Part shown: positions 12,251 through 24,478 of the stretch, in pieces
Layout: every line of letters starts with the position of its first letter
Numbering within the stretch: position 1 is the stretch's first letter
DNA from: Octopus sinensis
Lineage: Eukaryota
Length of the DNA: 64,000 nt
Assembly: GCF_006345805.1 (NCBI RefSeq)
Contig: NC_043014.1
Coordinates: 34,100,001 to 34,164,000, forward strand
Direction of reading: 5' to 3'
Notes under the pieces: model-generated
Database searches by the model: none
The model's input: only the letters and a program-made list of their open reading frames with translations
Told to the model about the DNA's origin: nothing
Translations under genes and position numbers: made by a program

Positions 12251-12959
12251 CTAACATAAAAATACCTGTTGAGTTGTGTAATAACTGGAAACTGAAGATT
12301 CAAAATGTTACATTTTTATCGCCGAAGATCGGCCACAAGAAACTCAGAGTAATCTCTTGTGAGGATTCATCTTGCGACAATATATATATAGATAGATAAA
12401 AACGGTAAGATAACAAAAGAAAGAAAGAGACCTCAATATTATGTAAATAGAGGAAATTCATCTGTAAAATAATATGTGACAATTATTCAATAGCCAAGAT
12501 AAAACTCTGAGTTTCGGATGCCAAAGTGGAAATCCACAACACCATCTCTTCGGTTATAAGAAAAAGAAAATGGAGAAATTGATGTGCAGACATCAATTTA
12601 TTGAAACAAATGTAATTTTGAACAATATCAAACTCATAGATCCTACAATCGTTTCCATGACCAATTAATTCAAATTAGAAAAACTAAAAGATTCATACTA
12701 AACAGTTAACTGAACATTTCGTCATGGTCAGAACTCGATAGAAAAAGGAACTGCATTTTCTTTTCTTATACATAAATGGTAATATACCCATATCCATTAA
12801 TGTGAAGTTAATATCGTTTAGTATTTCACTGGTACACTGGATAAAACCGGGGAACCTGGATGCTGACATCCGTTTAAAAGGTATTTATATCCTTGAAATA
12901 ATTATATGTATATATATATAAAAGATAACAAAGTTTACGTACGCCGCTATATATATATA

Positions 12960-13280
12960 TAAAATACAAAATGGAACAGGTCGAAAGACACCTGTTGTTA
13001 TGTCCTGTTATTATTTTTATTGTATTTTTTATTGTATTTATATTTGTGTAACATTGTCCGTTTTTGTATACATTCGCTGCTTTCTTCCAAGGAATGTAAT
13101 GCTCTTAGCTTAGTTTTTCCTTGGGGCTGGCCAGATTGGAGCAATCTCAAGAATAATCAGCCGAAATTGCGAGGATAATCTGGTTCTTGACTGAAGATAG
13201 AAAACTTCGAATGACCCGTCCTTGTTTTCTTTGTATCACCTAGTTGTCCGGATGTCTTGCGTTCTTGCCCCATTTTGTAT

Positions 13281-13285
<5 letters not shown>
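12960..13285. mobile_element. ~320-bp interspersed element inserted in (TA)n
   Basis: Reverse-complement match to 23772-24095; a short inverted copy of its end (AAAATACAAAATGG) lies at 12961. Confidence 0.75.
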
Positions 13286-13333
<48 letters not shown>

Positions 13334-13527
13334 GTATGTGTTTCTGTGTGGTGTGTGACTGTGTGCATATGTATGTATGCACACACACATACACTTTTTA
13401 TGCTTGCATGTTGCTGGTAGACATAATTACTTAAATTCTTAAATGAATGCTGTTGTTTATGACTATTATCATAACAGACATTTATGATACGAACACATAC
13501 GTGTCGATCTCACTGTGCATAGTATTT

Positions 13528-13561
<34 letters not shown>

Positions 13562-15547
13562 CTGAGTGAGTCAGTCGCTGTATGCTGTATGGACGATAAA
13601 ACATACGTTTTAGGAAACTGGGGCGACAATCAGTATCGGTTGTAAGTCGGACTCCTGGAAATTTTAATCTATTCACAATGCTTCCTTCGTTTTATTTTAC
13701 CAGAAAAGGAATCCAGTTTTCAAAAAAGTAAATAAATAGAACTTTCGTTGAAATTCAGTCAAAGTCAAAAACAAAAACAAAAGAACGGGAAAACACTCGC
13801 ATTATGTGTCAAACTTTCGCCCTGAAAACTTGTGTTATCTTTTTCCTTTCTTCGTAGATTTTCGTCTTCAGATAAAAATTGGTCGTCCAAGATCAACGAG
13901 TTTTCTTACTATTGTTGCATAGGCGAGACCAGTTATCAAACAGACATCTGATCGAGGCATTCCTGATATGACCATCCAATTTTATTTGCCAACAATGTTT
14001 CTAGGACATCCAGTAATATATTCGCTTTCTTGTCTTTGATTTGTTTTGTTTTGTTTTGTTGCTGTTGTTGTTTTTTGGTTTTTGTTTTGAAGATGATAAG
14101 ATATGATGGTACATGGAATTTTCGCTGCTATTTTTAACAGAATTTACTATACACGGTTATTGTGTTTAACACCATGTCAACCCTTATCCAGCAGATCTAA
14201 AATCATAGACGTTATACATGTGATCATTCACTCTTATTTCTTTATTTATTATCGAAGACAATATTGTCCATTCTTTGCTTCGTTTTGTGAAAACGGCATG
14301 GCGTGATTGGAGTGAGCAAATCGATCAACCACTTACAATTTCCTTTGCTGGCTCGTTTACTATACGTGATAAGTACAGGCAATTAGCGACAAAATAAATT
14401 ATGAAAGTAATAAATCAGTAACGGGAAATTTCAAAATTAACTTTTAAACCGTATGTTGTTGCTGCTGCTGTTGTTGTTGTTGTTGTTAAGCAACAAGACG
14501 GGTAAGGGTGATTAGGTGATGGTCTAGGGCTTAGGGGCGGGAGGCCCCAGACCTTGGAAAAAAAAAACTTTGGTCGTCTTGTTGTAGTCGTGGGTTCTTC
14601 GTTGACGCCCGACACCACTGGAAGGTGACCCTCGAAGTCGCTGGAAATGGAGATCTCTAGGTCCAAATTCTTGGAAGGCTGTTGCTGCTGCTATTATTAA
14701 GAGCCAAACCGGAAATTATGTTACAGATGAACAGATATCACAAAAATTAAAACAATGATTGCCAGTAGCTTTTTGTGGTGCGGCACTTTTGGATCTGCTG
14801 TACGGGACGGTATAGGCTTAGAGCGGCAAACTTAAAGGCTGTCCTGAATAGCACATAGTTTGTTTGCGCCACTGGTTATTGCAAATGCTACTGATAAAGT
14901 TATCATTGTTGTCGTCGGCGTGGTCATCGTCGTCGTCGTCGATGTTATTCTTAGTCTCAGATCAGACTGACCGATATAAGCTGAGGCTGACTTAACCCCG
15001 TCACCCAGTTTAACACCACTATCCCCAACATGTCTGTGAGGTCTTTGGCTGCTTTTAGTGCTGTCCCATTGCCTTCCAGACTTTCGTGCCGGGTCCCTTG
15101 TCGGAAAATTAAACCACTTTCCTTCTGCCCACTAGTCTTACAAACTATGAAAAGATCAAAGAGCATTCTTGCCTTGATCATCTCACTTTTTGTTTGTTAT
15201 GTTTTTGCTGTTGTTTTGTTTTGTTTTGTTTTTTTGTGGTTTTTTTTTTTATATATTCCCAACTATGTTGTCTGATGTATCCTGTTTAATGACGACAAAA
15301 TGTGTAATCTGAAGGAATTTGTCTGTTATTTTATAGCGGTTCAAATGTCGTTTCGGATATGTTTCAGTTTTATGACACTTCCTTAGTCAAGTTTATTTGA
15401 ATTGTACTTACCAGAAACATATAACGACTAAGCAAATACGTTAATTGCCGAATTAGTGAATGCCTTATTTTTGTTTTTACTTTTTCCATTAAAATTCGGA
15501 ACAATCTCACAATTATTCTAAAATTTGGTAAGTACGGATGAGATTAT

Positions 15548-15590
15548 ACTTTGCTGAAGAGGTTTGCTGTGACCGAAACATGTCCTGAGT
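15548..15590 (+). ncRNA. Minimal type I hammerhead ribozyme, partly decayed
   Basis: RNA: ACUUUG CUGAAGA GGU UUGCUGUG ACC GAAAC AU GUC^ CUGAGU; intact core, palindromic ACAUGU, one U-U mismatch in stem I. Confidence 0.6.
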
Positions 15591-16147
15591 TATCCCCATA
15601 CTTCATAAAGATTAGGACTACTCTCCATTGTAAACTCCACGCTAATTCAAATTTTGATCAATTTGGATTTCGGAATCACCTTCCTTGCAGTTTTTGACAA
15701 GAATTATCATTAACACTAATGGTTTTTATTTTATTTACGAATTAATCTTTTGCTCATTTCATATTAGCCCACACTTAACTATATGGGGGTTTTTTTTTCG
15801 TGCAGACTCATCTCTGCATGACCCTTAAATATAGATATTTGCCAGCTGTTTTGTCTTTTTTTGTTTGTTTGTTTTTTGTTTTGTTTTGTTTTTTCGGTTG
15901 TTTAAGATATAGGAACGAATAATTTTGCTTGCAATTAACAATTAAGCCTTTGAGCATTTCGCGATCCTTCTTATAATAACATTGGAGCGTATGTCCGTAT
16001 GCTGTCACATTTAATGTTTAACAAAAGAAGTAAACAGCTTTTAATAGTATGTAGGCTTTTAACAACTAATCAGCTAGTAACAAATTCCTTAGCTACAGTG
16101 AGTAGCGCTTTTGTTTAGCAATTAGGAAAGAATTATAAAATAATACA

Positions 16148-16552
16148 TAGGCGTAGGAGTGGCTGTGTGATAAGTAGCTTGTTTACCAACCACATGGTTC
16201 CGGGTTCAGTCCCACTGCGTGGCACCTTGGGCAAGTGTTTTCTACTATAGCCTCGGGCCGACCAAATCCTTGTGAGTGGATTTGGTAGACGGAAACTGAA
16301 AGAAGCCCGTCGTATATATGTATATATATATGTATGTGTGTGTATATGTTTGTGTGTCTGCGTTTGTCCCCCCCAACATCGCTTGACAACCGATGCTGGT
16401 GTGTTTACGTCCCCGTAACTTAGCGGTTCGGCAAAAGAGACCGATAGAATAAGTACTAGGCTTACAAAGAACAAGTCCTGGGGTCGATTTGCTCGACTAA
16501 AGGCGGTGCTCCAGCATGGCCACAGTCACATGACTGAAACAAGTAAAAAGTA
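16148..16552 (+). mobile_element. SINE family A, full length
   Basis: Near-identical to 28-437. Confidence 0.9.
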
Positions 16553-16612
16553 AAAAAAAAAAAAGTAGGTTGGGAGATAGATAGGCAGATGGACACACAC
16601 CCAGAAACAAAC

Positions 16613-16659
<47 letters not shown>

Positions 16660-17262
16660 ACATACATACTCATATGCATATATATGTGTGTGTTTGTATA
16701 TGCGTACTTATGTGCGTATAACAGCAATAACAAAAAGCAGATCCTTGTACAAGATGTTTTAAACCTATGATAAACAAGTTAATTACAACCATAAATTCAG
16801 AAAGAATATTCTTCACCAGCCGAAAAAAATTTTATACTAAATGCAGAGTGACAAAGGTGAAAGTTATGTCCTAAATTCACGGATGACCAAATTAGTGTAT
16901 CTTCTATTTATTGGGTTTTTTCCTTTTAGATTATTCAAATTGCAGATACATATCTATCTGGATATATATTTTGAGCATAATAATCATACATTTAATATCT
17001 AAATTCCCCTGTGGTGTAGAGATCGCTTTTCCTATCAACTGACTTTCGTGCTAGTTTGGCCCTGTTTTTTACACTCACTTTCTAGACTTAGTGTAGTGAC
17101 AGACATAAAAAAGAAACAGATATGCTGTATGTGCATTACCGTAAAGCGAGGGAGCTACTTGATAGTTTTCAGTATCGGAATGATTTCATAGAAAGAGTGA
17201 TACGGCATCTATCAAGAACGCTGTTATGTTTCTAAAACAGTATGTTTTAACCTATATATATA

Positions 17263-17965
17263 TGTAGGAAATGTGTCACGTGTCTGAAAGAAAATAACTC
17301 CACAGCCCTGATTATGACCGCGTAGTGTTGGTGTTAGTCTTTTTTCCTCTGACTTTATCGTTGCATCTCGATGTTGGATGAGAGAAATAGCGCGAGCATA
17401 GACAGAAGTGTGTGATTTCGGCGTTAGTTGATGAGCTCCGTCTTTTCTTTCACCATTGTGAAAACGGCCGCTGGTTAGAGATTTGGCTGCTAATGTTCTC
17501 AGTTGGGGTCACCAATTGTAGGAAATGAGTTGGCACTGATTGGGTGCTTCACAATTCCACGCACAGTTCATAGAAGGAAAAGGGCGAGGACACGATCTCT
17601 TCGAACAAATAACAATAATAATTTATTTCGCATGAATAAACATTTCATCCCTGGACATCGGTAGCCTGGACGCCTTGGTGCGGAAGCAGCTGGGTTGGTA
17701 GTTAGACACAAAAATACAAAGGCATTTTCACAGACTCGCAATGTCGCTCGCCGTCAGAATTCCAGCTCCAAGGAGCTGGTCTAAGTTGCGTCCTATCTGG
17801 TCAGAAGCCGGGGCAGAAGAGGATGGATGGGTGGTCAAGCCTAGCTGCTGATGATGATTGCGCATGCGCATAACGGGCTTCCGTCAGATCTCCGGAAAGC
17901 TCTAATTCTATGCGTATGCGTGGATGAATGTTCCACAATGGCGTCTAGAACCAGGCGTTACTACA
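17263..17965. mobile_element. Probable solo LTR
   Basis: GC-richer ~700-bp block bounded by TGTAG...CTACA, internal AATAAA at 17635, imperfect 4-bp flanks TATA/AATA. Confidence 0.4.
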
Positions 17966-18004
17966 AATATGTATCCGATAAAAACAACACCAAAAGCGAG
18001 CTGG

Positions 18005-18365
18005 TGTAAGCGTGGCTGTTTTTTTCCAAGACTCTTGCTTCTTAATCATGTAGTCTTGAGTTCAGTACCACTACGCAGCACCTCGTATAAGCGTCTTCTA
18101 TAATAGCCCTGGGTCGAACAGAGCCTTATGAGTGGAGTTAGTAGATAGAAACTGAAAGAAGCTCGTCGTGTGTGTTCTGCCACCATTTGACAAACGGTTT
18201 TGATTTGTTTACGTCCTTGACGTTAACTTAGCGGTTCGGAAAAAGCGATCCAAAAGAATAAGTACCTGGCTTTAAAAGAATACTAGGATCTATTTGTTCG
18301 GCTGAAACACTTCATGCTCCAGTTTGGCCGCAATCCAACGACTGAAACATGTAAAAGATAAAAGT
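18005..18365 (+). mobile_element. SINE family A, diverged
   Basis: GAAACTGAAAGAAGCTCGTCG and ACTGAAACATGTAAAAGAT landmarks. Confidence 0.75.
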
Positions 18366-18454
18366 ATAATAAATATTTAAAATGTTTGATGACGTTTGGC
18401 AACCCTAACTAATTGCTCTTTACAAATTGCGTTACATTTGACATTATAGTAATC

Positions 18455-18647
18455 TTTTATTCGTTTACTTGTTTCAATCATTTGACGGTGCAGGAGCACC
18501 GCCTTTAGTCGAGCAAATCGACCCCAGGAGTTATTCTTTGTAAGCCTAGTACTTATTCTCTTTTTGCTGAACCGCTAGTTTACGGAGGTGTAGACACGCC
18601 AACATCGGTTGTCATGCGATAGTGAGAGGACAAGCACAGACACACAA

Positions 18648-18680
<33 letters not shown>
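18455..18680 (-). mobile_element. SINE family A 3' half (5' half probably at 19585-19752)
   Basis: Reverse-complement tail half; matching head half ~900 bp away in the same orientation. Confidence 0.75.
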
Positions 18681-18743
<63 letters not shown>

Positions 18744-18746
<3 letters not shown>

Positions 18747-19032
18747 TGTGACCGCGTGTGTATCGTTGGCGATTATTTTTTCCTCCGTCTTCCCTTCCTT
18801 GGATCTTTCCTTTTCCTATGTTTCTGACGAAGTGCTCCGCTCGAAACGTTAAATCCTCCTTCTTTCTTTCCTTTCCTGGGCGTCCAATAACACTATACTT
18901 GTTCCACGTCCTCGCGTTGTTGTGTTTTCTCTTTGTGTTTTCATGTTTGGATTAACTATATATATATATATATAGTTAATCCAAACATGAAAACACAAAG
19001 AGAAAACACAACAACGCGAGGACGTGGAACAA
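18744..19032 (+). mobile_element. ~210-bp element with hammerhead-like motif (18824-18850) plus inverted partial copy
   Basis: CTGACGAAGTGCTCCGCTCGAAACGTT; 18900-18957 is inverted at 18973-19032 across (TA)n, like a Penelope pLTR. Confidence 0.75.
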
Positions 19033-19309
19033 GCAGATTTCGGCTGTTTAATTCTGAGATCCGCTCTGAATCAGCCAGCCACAGAAGGAAAGAATGCAAC
19101 GCAACAGAGACGAACATGAAACGAAAAATCTTTTTGGGAGACAGTAACGGTTAAAAACATGGATGACACAGGCGCCCTACGGCTTTGAGACAAAAAGAGA
19201 GACACAAAAACAATATCAGCAAGCGTGGAAAAATAATTACCTTTTCGGTGATAAGACACATGTTGACCAAGCGGCCGATGGAAACAGAATGGCTGAGGCA
19301 GCAAGTCGC

Positions 19310-19475
19310 AAGAGGGTAAGAGAGAGAAGGGGGTAAGAGAGAGAAGGGGGTAAGAGAGAGAGGGGACCAAGGAGGGTGGAAGGCGTGGACAGAAGCAGTG
19401 ACCGAGAGAGAGGGAGAGAAGGAATCAGAGAAGAAGCAGTGACCAAGAGAGAGAGGGAGAGAAGGAATCAGAGAG
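19310..19475. repeat. Purine-rich minisatellites
   Basis: GGGTAAGAGAGAGA(AGG) x3 and AGAAGCAGTGACCRAGAGAGAGGGAGAGAAGGAATCAG x2. Confidence 0.85.
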
Positions 19476-19584
19476 GCTGGGAGAAAAAGGCGCCAAAACA
19501 ATTTGGCAACGAAGCAATGGCGAAGGAAAGAAAATAGTTTAAAGACATCGTGCAGGGGTTTTGATATGATAAACATAAAGAAGT

Positions 19585-19752
19585 TATGACGGACTTCTTT
19601 CAGTTTCCGTCTACCAAATCCATTCACAAGGCTTTGGTCGACTCGTGGCTATAGTAGAACACACTTGCCCAAAGTGTCACGCAATGGGACTGAATCCGGA
19701 ACCATGTGGTTGGTAAGCAAGTCACTTACAATACAGCCACTCCTGCGCCTAT
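19585..19752 (-). mobile_element. SINE family A 5' half
   Basis: Reverse-complement head ending CAGCCACTCCTGCGCCTAT. Confidence 0.85.
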
Positions 19753-20287
19753 AGTAAAGAAATGTTTCAAATATTCAAATATTCAATGACGTATGATATC
19801 CAAAATTAATTGCTGTCTTCCCCCTCTATTACAGTCCTAAAAACATAATTATAAATAATTACTTGAATATACAATTGTTTCTTGAGTATCCTCTACTGAC
19901 AGAATCTTATCTTAACCACACCCTATACATATATATATATATATGAAGTTTAATTTCCTTATCTATTCATATAGAGGTCTCATTTGTATAGACACAGCTT
20001 GTACTCATTCCTTATACGCTGGCCACCATGGTAGTCACTACGTGGTTATACGACTTGTTAAATATAGCACCCAAAATCTCCCTCAAATTTGTTCGTTCGC
20101 TCCTAAATAAAAACATATCGGATAATGTTGTCCGATGTAGACTATTGGTTAAAATCAAAAAGGGAATAATTTTGATCAAAAGTCTGCTTGATCAAAACCG
20201 ACTTGGAGCCAAACCACATCATCATCATCACCACCACCACCAGCAACAACAATTTCTGGCCGTGTGCCTAAATTAGAAATAGTTATT

Positions 20288-20675
20288 ATAGGCCTAAGAA
20301 TGGCTGTGTGGTAAGTAGCTTGCTTACGAACTACATGGTTCCGGGTTCATTCCTACTGCGTGGCACCTTAGGCAAGTGTCTTCTACTATAGCCTCGGGAC
20401 AACCAAAGCCTTGTGAGTGGATTTGGTAGACGGAAACTGAAAGAAGCCCGTCGTATATACGTGTGTGTGTGTATGTTTGTGTGTCTGTACTTGTCCCCCC
20501 CAATATCGCTTGACAACCGATGCTGGAGTGTTTATGTCCCCCGTAACTTCGCGATTCGGCAAAAGAGACCGATAGAATAAGTACTGGGCTTACAAAGAAT
20601 AAGTCCTGGGGGTCGATTTGGTCGACTAAAGGCGGTGCTCCAGCATGGCCACAGTCAAATAACTGAAACAAGTAA
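20288..20675 (+). mobile_element. SINE family A, full length
   Basis: Matches 28-437. Confidence 0.88.
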
Positions 20676-20734
20676 AAAAAAAATAAAATACATTCTCATA
20701 GACAGTGAATGCTTACAGACGCCTCACTCATATT

Positions 20735-21290
20735 AGGCTGGAAACTTAGTTCCCGCTGTTTTTTTTTTTTAAATTAAATTTTGAAAGGTTTAATAAAAAA
20801 ATTAACAACTAATTAATCAATAATGTATTCACCCTTGTTGCTTACAACTTCTCAACGTTCAACAAGATTTTCAATACCTCGTTGGTAGAAATCACTCGAT
20901 TCCGACTCGAAAAATTGATCCAGCCAAGTTCTCAATTCTGCATCAGTATTGAACGAAACTCCGCGCATAGCATTTGAAAGAAATCGAAAGAGGTGGAAAT
21001 CCGTTGGTACCAAATCAAGAGAGTACGGCGGGTGTGGCAGCACTTCCCAGCCATGCGTTTGAATGGCTTCCTTGGTCATATTGGCGATATGAGGGCAGGC
21101 ATTGTCGTGCAGCAGAAGAACTCCATACTGACGATTAGGTATTTTCTCTTGAATAGCCGTGTTGGGTAGTTCTTTCTGTTGAACATAGAATTCCGCATTG
21201 AACGTTTGATTCCGTTCAAGCAATTCGTAATGGATAATCCCTTCCCAGTCCCACCATATGCAGAACATCGTTTTACGCGGATCGAGGGTC
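20735..21290 (-). mobile_element. mariner transposase 3' fragment (DD34D domain)
   Basis: ORF 20852-21568 C-terminal part: MFCIWWDWEGIIHYELL, LLHDNACPH, HPPYSLDLVPTDFHLF, GIENLVER. Confidence 0.92.
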
Positions 21291-21299
21291 AGATTCAAC

Positions 21300-22620
21300 G
21301 TAATGAGTCGATAAGCATGGTGGTAATTAAAATAAAAAGCCAAATTTTTTATGATGATTTGAAGAAAAAGGCGAAACTTCCAATATTTTTTTTTCTTTTT
21401 ATAAATGACTGGTGAAGCTGCCACTTCTGATTTAGAGGCTGTTATCCTTAACAGCTGAAAAAAATTGAAGGGAGCTACACACCAGACCAAGTGTATAATG
21501 TTAATGAGCCTGAACTTTTCTGGAAGGTCATGCCTGCTAGACCTTCTAATCGCGAGAAAAATCAACACTATGATTTAAAGCTTCGGAAAATCCTCTGATG
21601 CGTTTCCCAGGAGGAAATACCCCTAATGATATAATGTCAAAGTCCCTACGCGTGTATCATTTCGAAAATCCGAAGACTATCAGGCTACGCAAAGTCAAAT
21701 TTACTTCTGATTTGGCGTTAAAATAACAAGTTGTAGATGACTAAGAGCCTCTTCCAAGAGTGGTTTGCGCACATTTTATTTGTTCTACTGCAGCAAATTA
21801 CAATACTAATCATAAGGCCATCAATGTAATGCTCCTTTTAGATAATGTACTAAGCTATCCAATGAACTTAAGGGCTTTCAAATAATGTGAGAGTAGAATA
21901 TACCCACTAGTAAACAACTTCTTTGCTCCAGCTAACTTGAAGGCATATTATCTAAGAAGTTTCAAACATCTTATGAAAGTGATTGACAGGGTAGACAAAC
22001 CTAGAGTTAGAGACTTCTTAAAGAAGTTCATCATAATCGACACTTTGGACAGCATCGCTGGTTCATAAGAAGTGCAACAATCAACTTTGAATGGTGCTTG
22101 GGAAACATTTGGCCAGGCTGTATCCGTGACCTTACAAGTTTTCCACAAGCAGAAAGTTTACATCAAATTCGGAAAGATATTGTGACACTTCCAAATAATG
22201 TAAGGTTTGAAGAAGTCATAAAGAATGATATTTTTGAGTTACGAGTGCCCCATGGAGAAAGTTAATCTAACGAGGAGCTGATGAACAAAAAATGAGAGTA
22301 TGGAAATTCCATTAAATCTACTTAAATTTAGTGCAAAGAATATTTCTAAAAATTTGGCAAGATTTTGTTGATAACAAGCATAATTGTGAACGTAACATTA
22401 AAATTACAACAGAAGCTTACAATGAGCAGAGGTCTGCTATAAACTTCAAACAATTTTTAAATAAGTTTTTCGCTTCTAAAGTAGATGTTGATGAGGATAA
22501 ACAAACAGATAGAAGATAGCGTCCCTCATCTTCTTGGTAACTTTCATTCCACAATCACCAACCCTCACATAGTAACCATATTTTGGGGGTGAGAACTTAT
22601 CCTATTATGATATTACAATT
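21300..22620 (+). mobile_element. Decayed Tigger/pogo transposon
   Basis: Plus-strand translation near 21470: YTPDQVYNVNEPELFWKVMPAR; LLLDN near 21835; many stops; similar to 58555-59960. Confidence 0.8.
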
Positions 22621-23032
22621 CTTATTTATCAAATATTTTTTTGATACATATTGTACTTAGAAATTCTTATTTTCATAAATAAAAGTAGCCTGATTTGCAG
22701 TTTTTTTTTCTTTTTTCTTTTCTTTTCTTGTTTCTTCTTTTTGTTTTCGAAAACATCCGTCAGAACGCATTATCACTTTAAGAATGAAAATCAATGGGAA
22801 AATAAGTTTCGCGTTACGGCAAGTTGTTCAGGGGACTATTGTGCCTGTGATGCAGAATTTTGTTGTACACAAACACACACACACACACACACACACACCA
22901 CACACACACAGGTACAAACATACATAATATATACATACATACCGTGTATATAAACTGATAAAGGCAGTGCCCCAGCATGACCACAGTCTATTGACTGAAA
23001 CTAGTAAAAGAATACACACACAGACTCACACA

Positions 23033-23082
<50 letters not shown>

Positions 23083-23499
23083 ATATGTGTGTATACATGT
23101 GCGAGTGAGTATGCGTGCCTGTGTATATGTGTCGGTTATGCGCGAATTTGTGCCGCACTTGGCTGCTAGCCAGATAGTCTTTCAACAATCTAGACAAAAG
23201 AAACACACATGAAGTGTTCAAATTCTTTGTTTCATAAAAATGTCTTGATTAAATCTGAAAATAAATTTTCACACTTCTATTCTCTCCTCCCTTGCTACCA
23301 TCTTTTACAACCCTCTACCGACCAGCCGACCGACCGACCGACCGACCTAAGCAGCCAATGGAATTCTTTTAATTAGGATATCATAATAAACAAAAAGAAA
23401 TGTGTTTTAAGATGTGTGTTCCGGAATATATGGTAACATTGCTGTTGTTTTACTTCCGCTACTTTTTAGTTCTCTCTCTATATCACTTACAATATCTTT

Positions 23500-23700
23500 T
23501 ATCTCTCTTTTACGTCTTTCAGCCATTGAACTGTGGCCACGCTGGGGCACCTCCCTGAAGGCTAAACAATCGACCTGCTATTTAATTTTAAGTCTGGGCT
23601 TTATTCTAAAGGTCACTTTTGTGTAACCGATTGATTACGGAGAATTTAAACTAACCAGAAACAGTTGTAAAGCGGGGGGGGGGACAAAGACAAGCACGAA

Positions 23701-23741
<41 letters not shown>

Positions 23742-23745
23742 ACAT
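23500..23745 (-). mobile_element. SINE family A 3' part, diverged
   Basis: TCTTTTACGTCTTTCAGCCATTG...GGCCACGCTGGGGCACC. Confidence 0.6.
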
Positions 23746-23771
23746 ATATGTACGTGTGTATTTATATATAT

Positions 23772-24036
23772 ATAAAAATACAAAATGGGACAAGAACGCA
23801 AAACATTCAAATAGACGATACAAAAAACACGGACGGGTCATTCGAAGCCTCTAATCTTCAGTCAAGAACCGGATCATCCTCGCAATTTCGGTTGATTAAT
23901 CTTGAGATTGCTCCGATTTGGCCAGCCCCAAGGAAAAACTAAGCTACGAGCATTAGATTTCTTGGGAAAAGGATCGAATGTATACGAAACAAGGACAGAA
24001 AAACGGACGATGTTACACGAATATAAATACAAAAAC

Positions 24037-24067
<31 letters not shown>

Positions 24068-24095
24068 GGACATAACAACAGGCGTCTTTCGACTT
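23772..24095. mobile_element. Second copy of the ~320-bp (TA)n-associated element
   Basis: Reverse-complement match to 12978-13285. Confidence 0.75.
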
Positions 24096-24243
24096 AGACG
24101 AATTGAACTCAACTGGCGTACATCTGTATGTATTATCTATGTCACATATGTATTTATATGCATATGTATGAATCATTTATGCCACTCACGCGTATATATG
24201 TAATCAAATGAATAATAACATAGGATGGATAATTAATTGTCAG

Positions 24244-24328
24244 CTCATTACAGCTGTTTCGTACGTAATCTTTTAATAGAAGAATGAGAACATTACATCT
24301 TTATAAAAGACCGTAATCATCAGATGAG
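24244..24328 (-). ncRNA. Type I hammerhead ribozyme with long stem II
   Basis: RNA: CUCAU CUGAUGA UUACG...CGUAC GAAAC AGCU GUA^ AUGAG; 5-bp stem I, palindromic ACAGCUGU. Confidence 0.7.
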
Positions 24329-24396
24329 AGGTAATTTATAAAACAAAAGAATATCCAAGAATACAGCAAGGATGTGTCTGTCGAGGCCTCGACAGA

Positions 24397-24478
24397 CATC
24401 TGATGATTACGGTCTTTTATAATGATTTAATGTTCTTATTCTTCTGTTAAAATTTACGTAAGAAACAGGTGTAATGAG
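24397..24478 (+). ncRNA. Inverted second copy of the long-stem-II hammerhead
   Basis: RNA: CAU CUGAUGA UUACG...CGUAA GAAAC AGGU GUA^ AUGAG; base of stem II pairs perfectly. Confidence 0.62.

Noticed and set aside
20852-21568. 238-aa ORF as an intact gene (e.g. SETMAR-like)
   Set aside because: Chimeric reading: the N-terminal part is antisense Tigger sequence and the C-terminal part a truncated mariner
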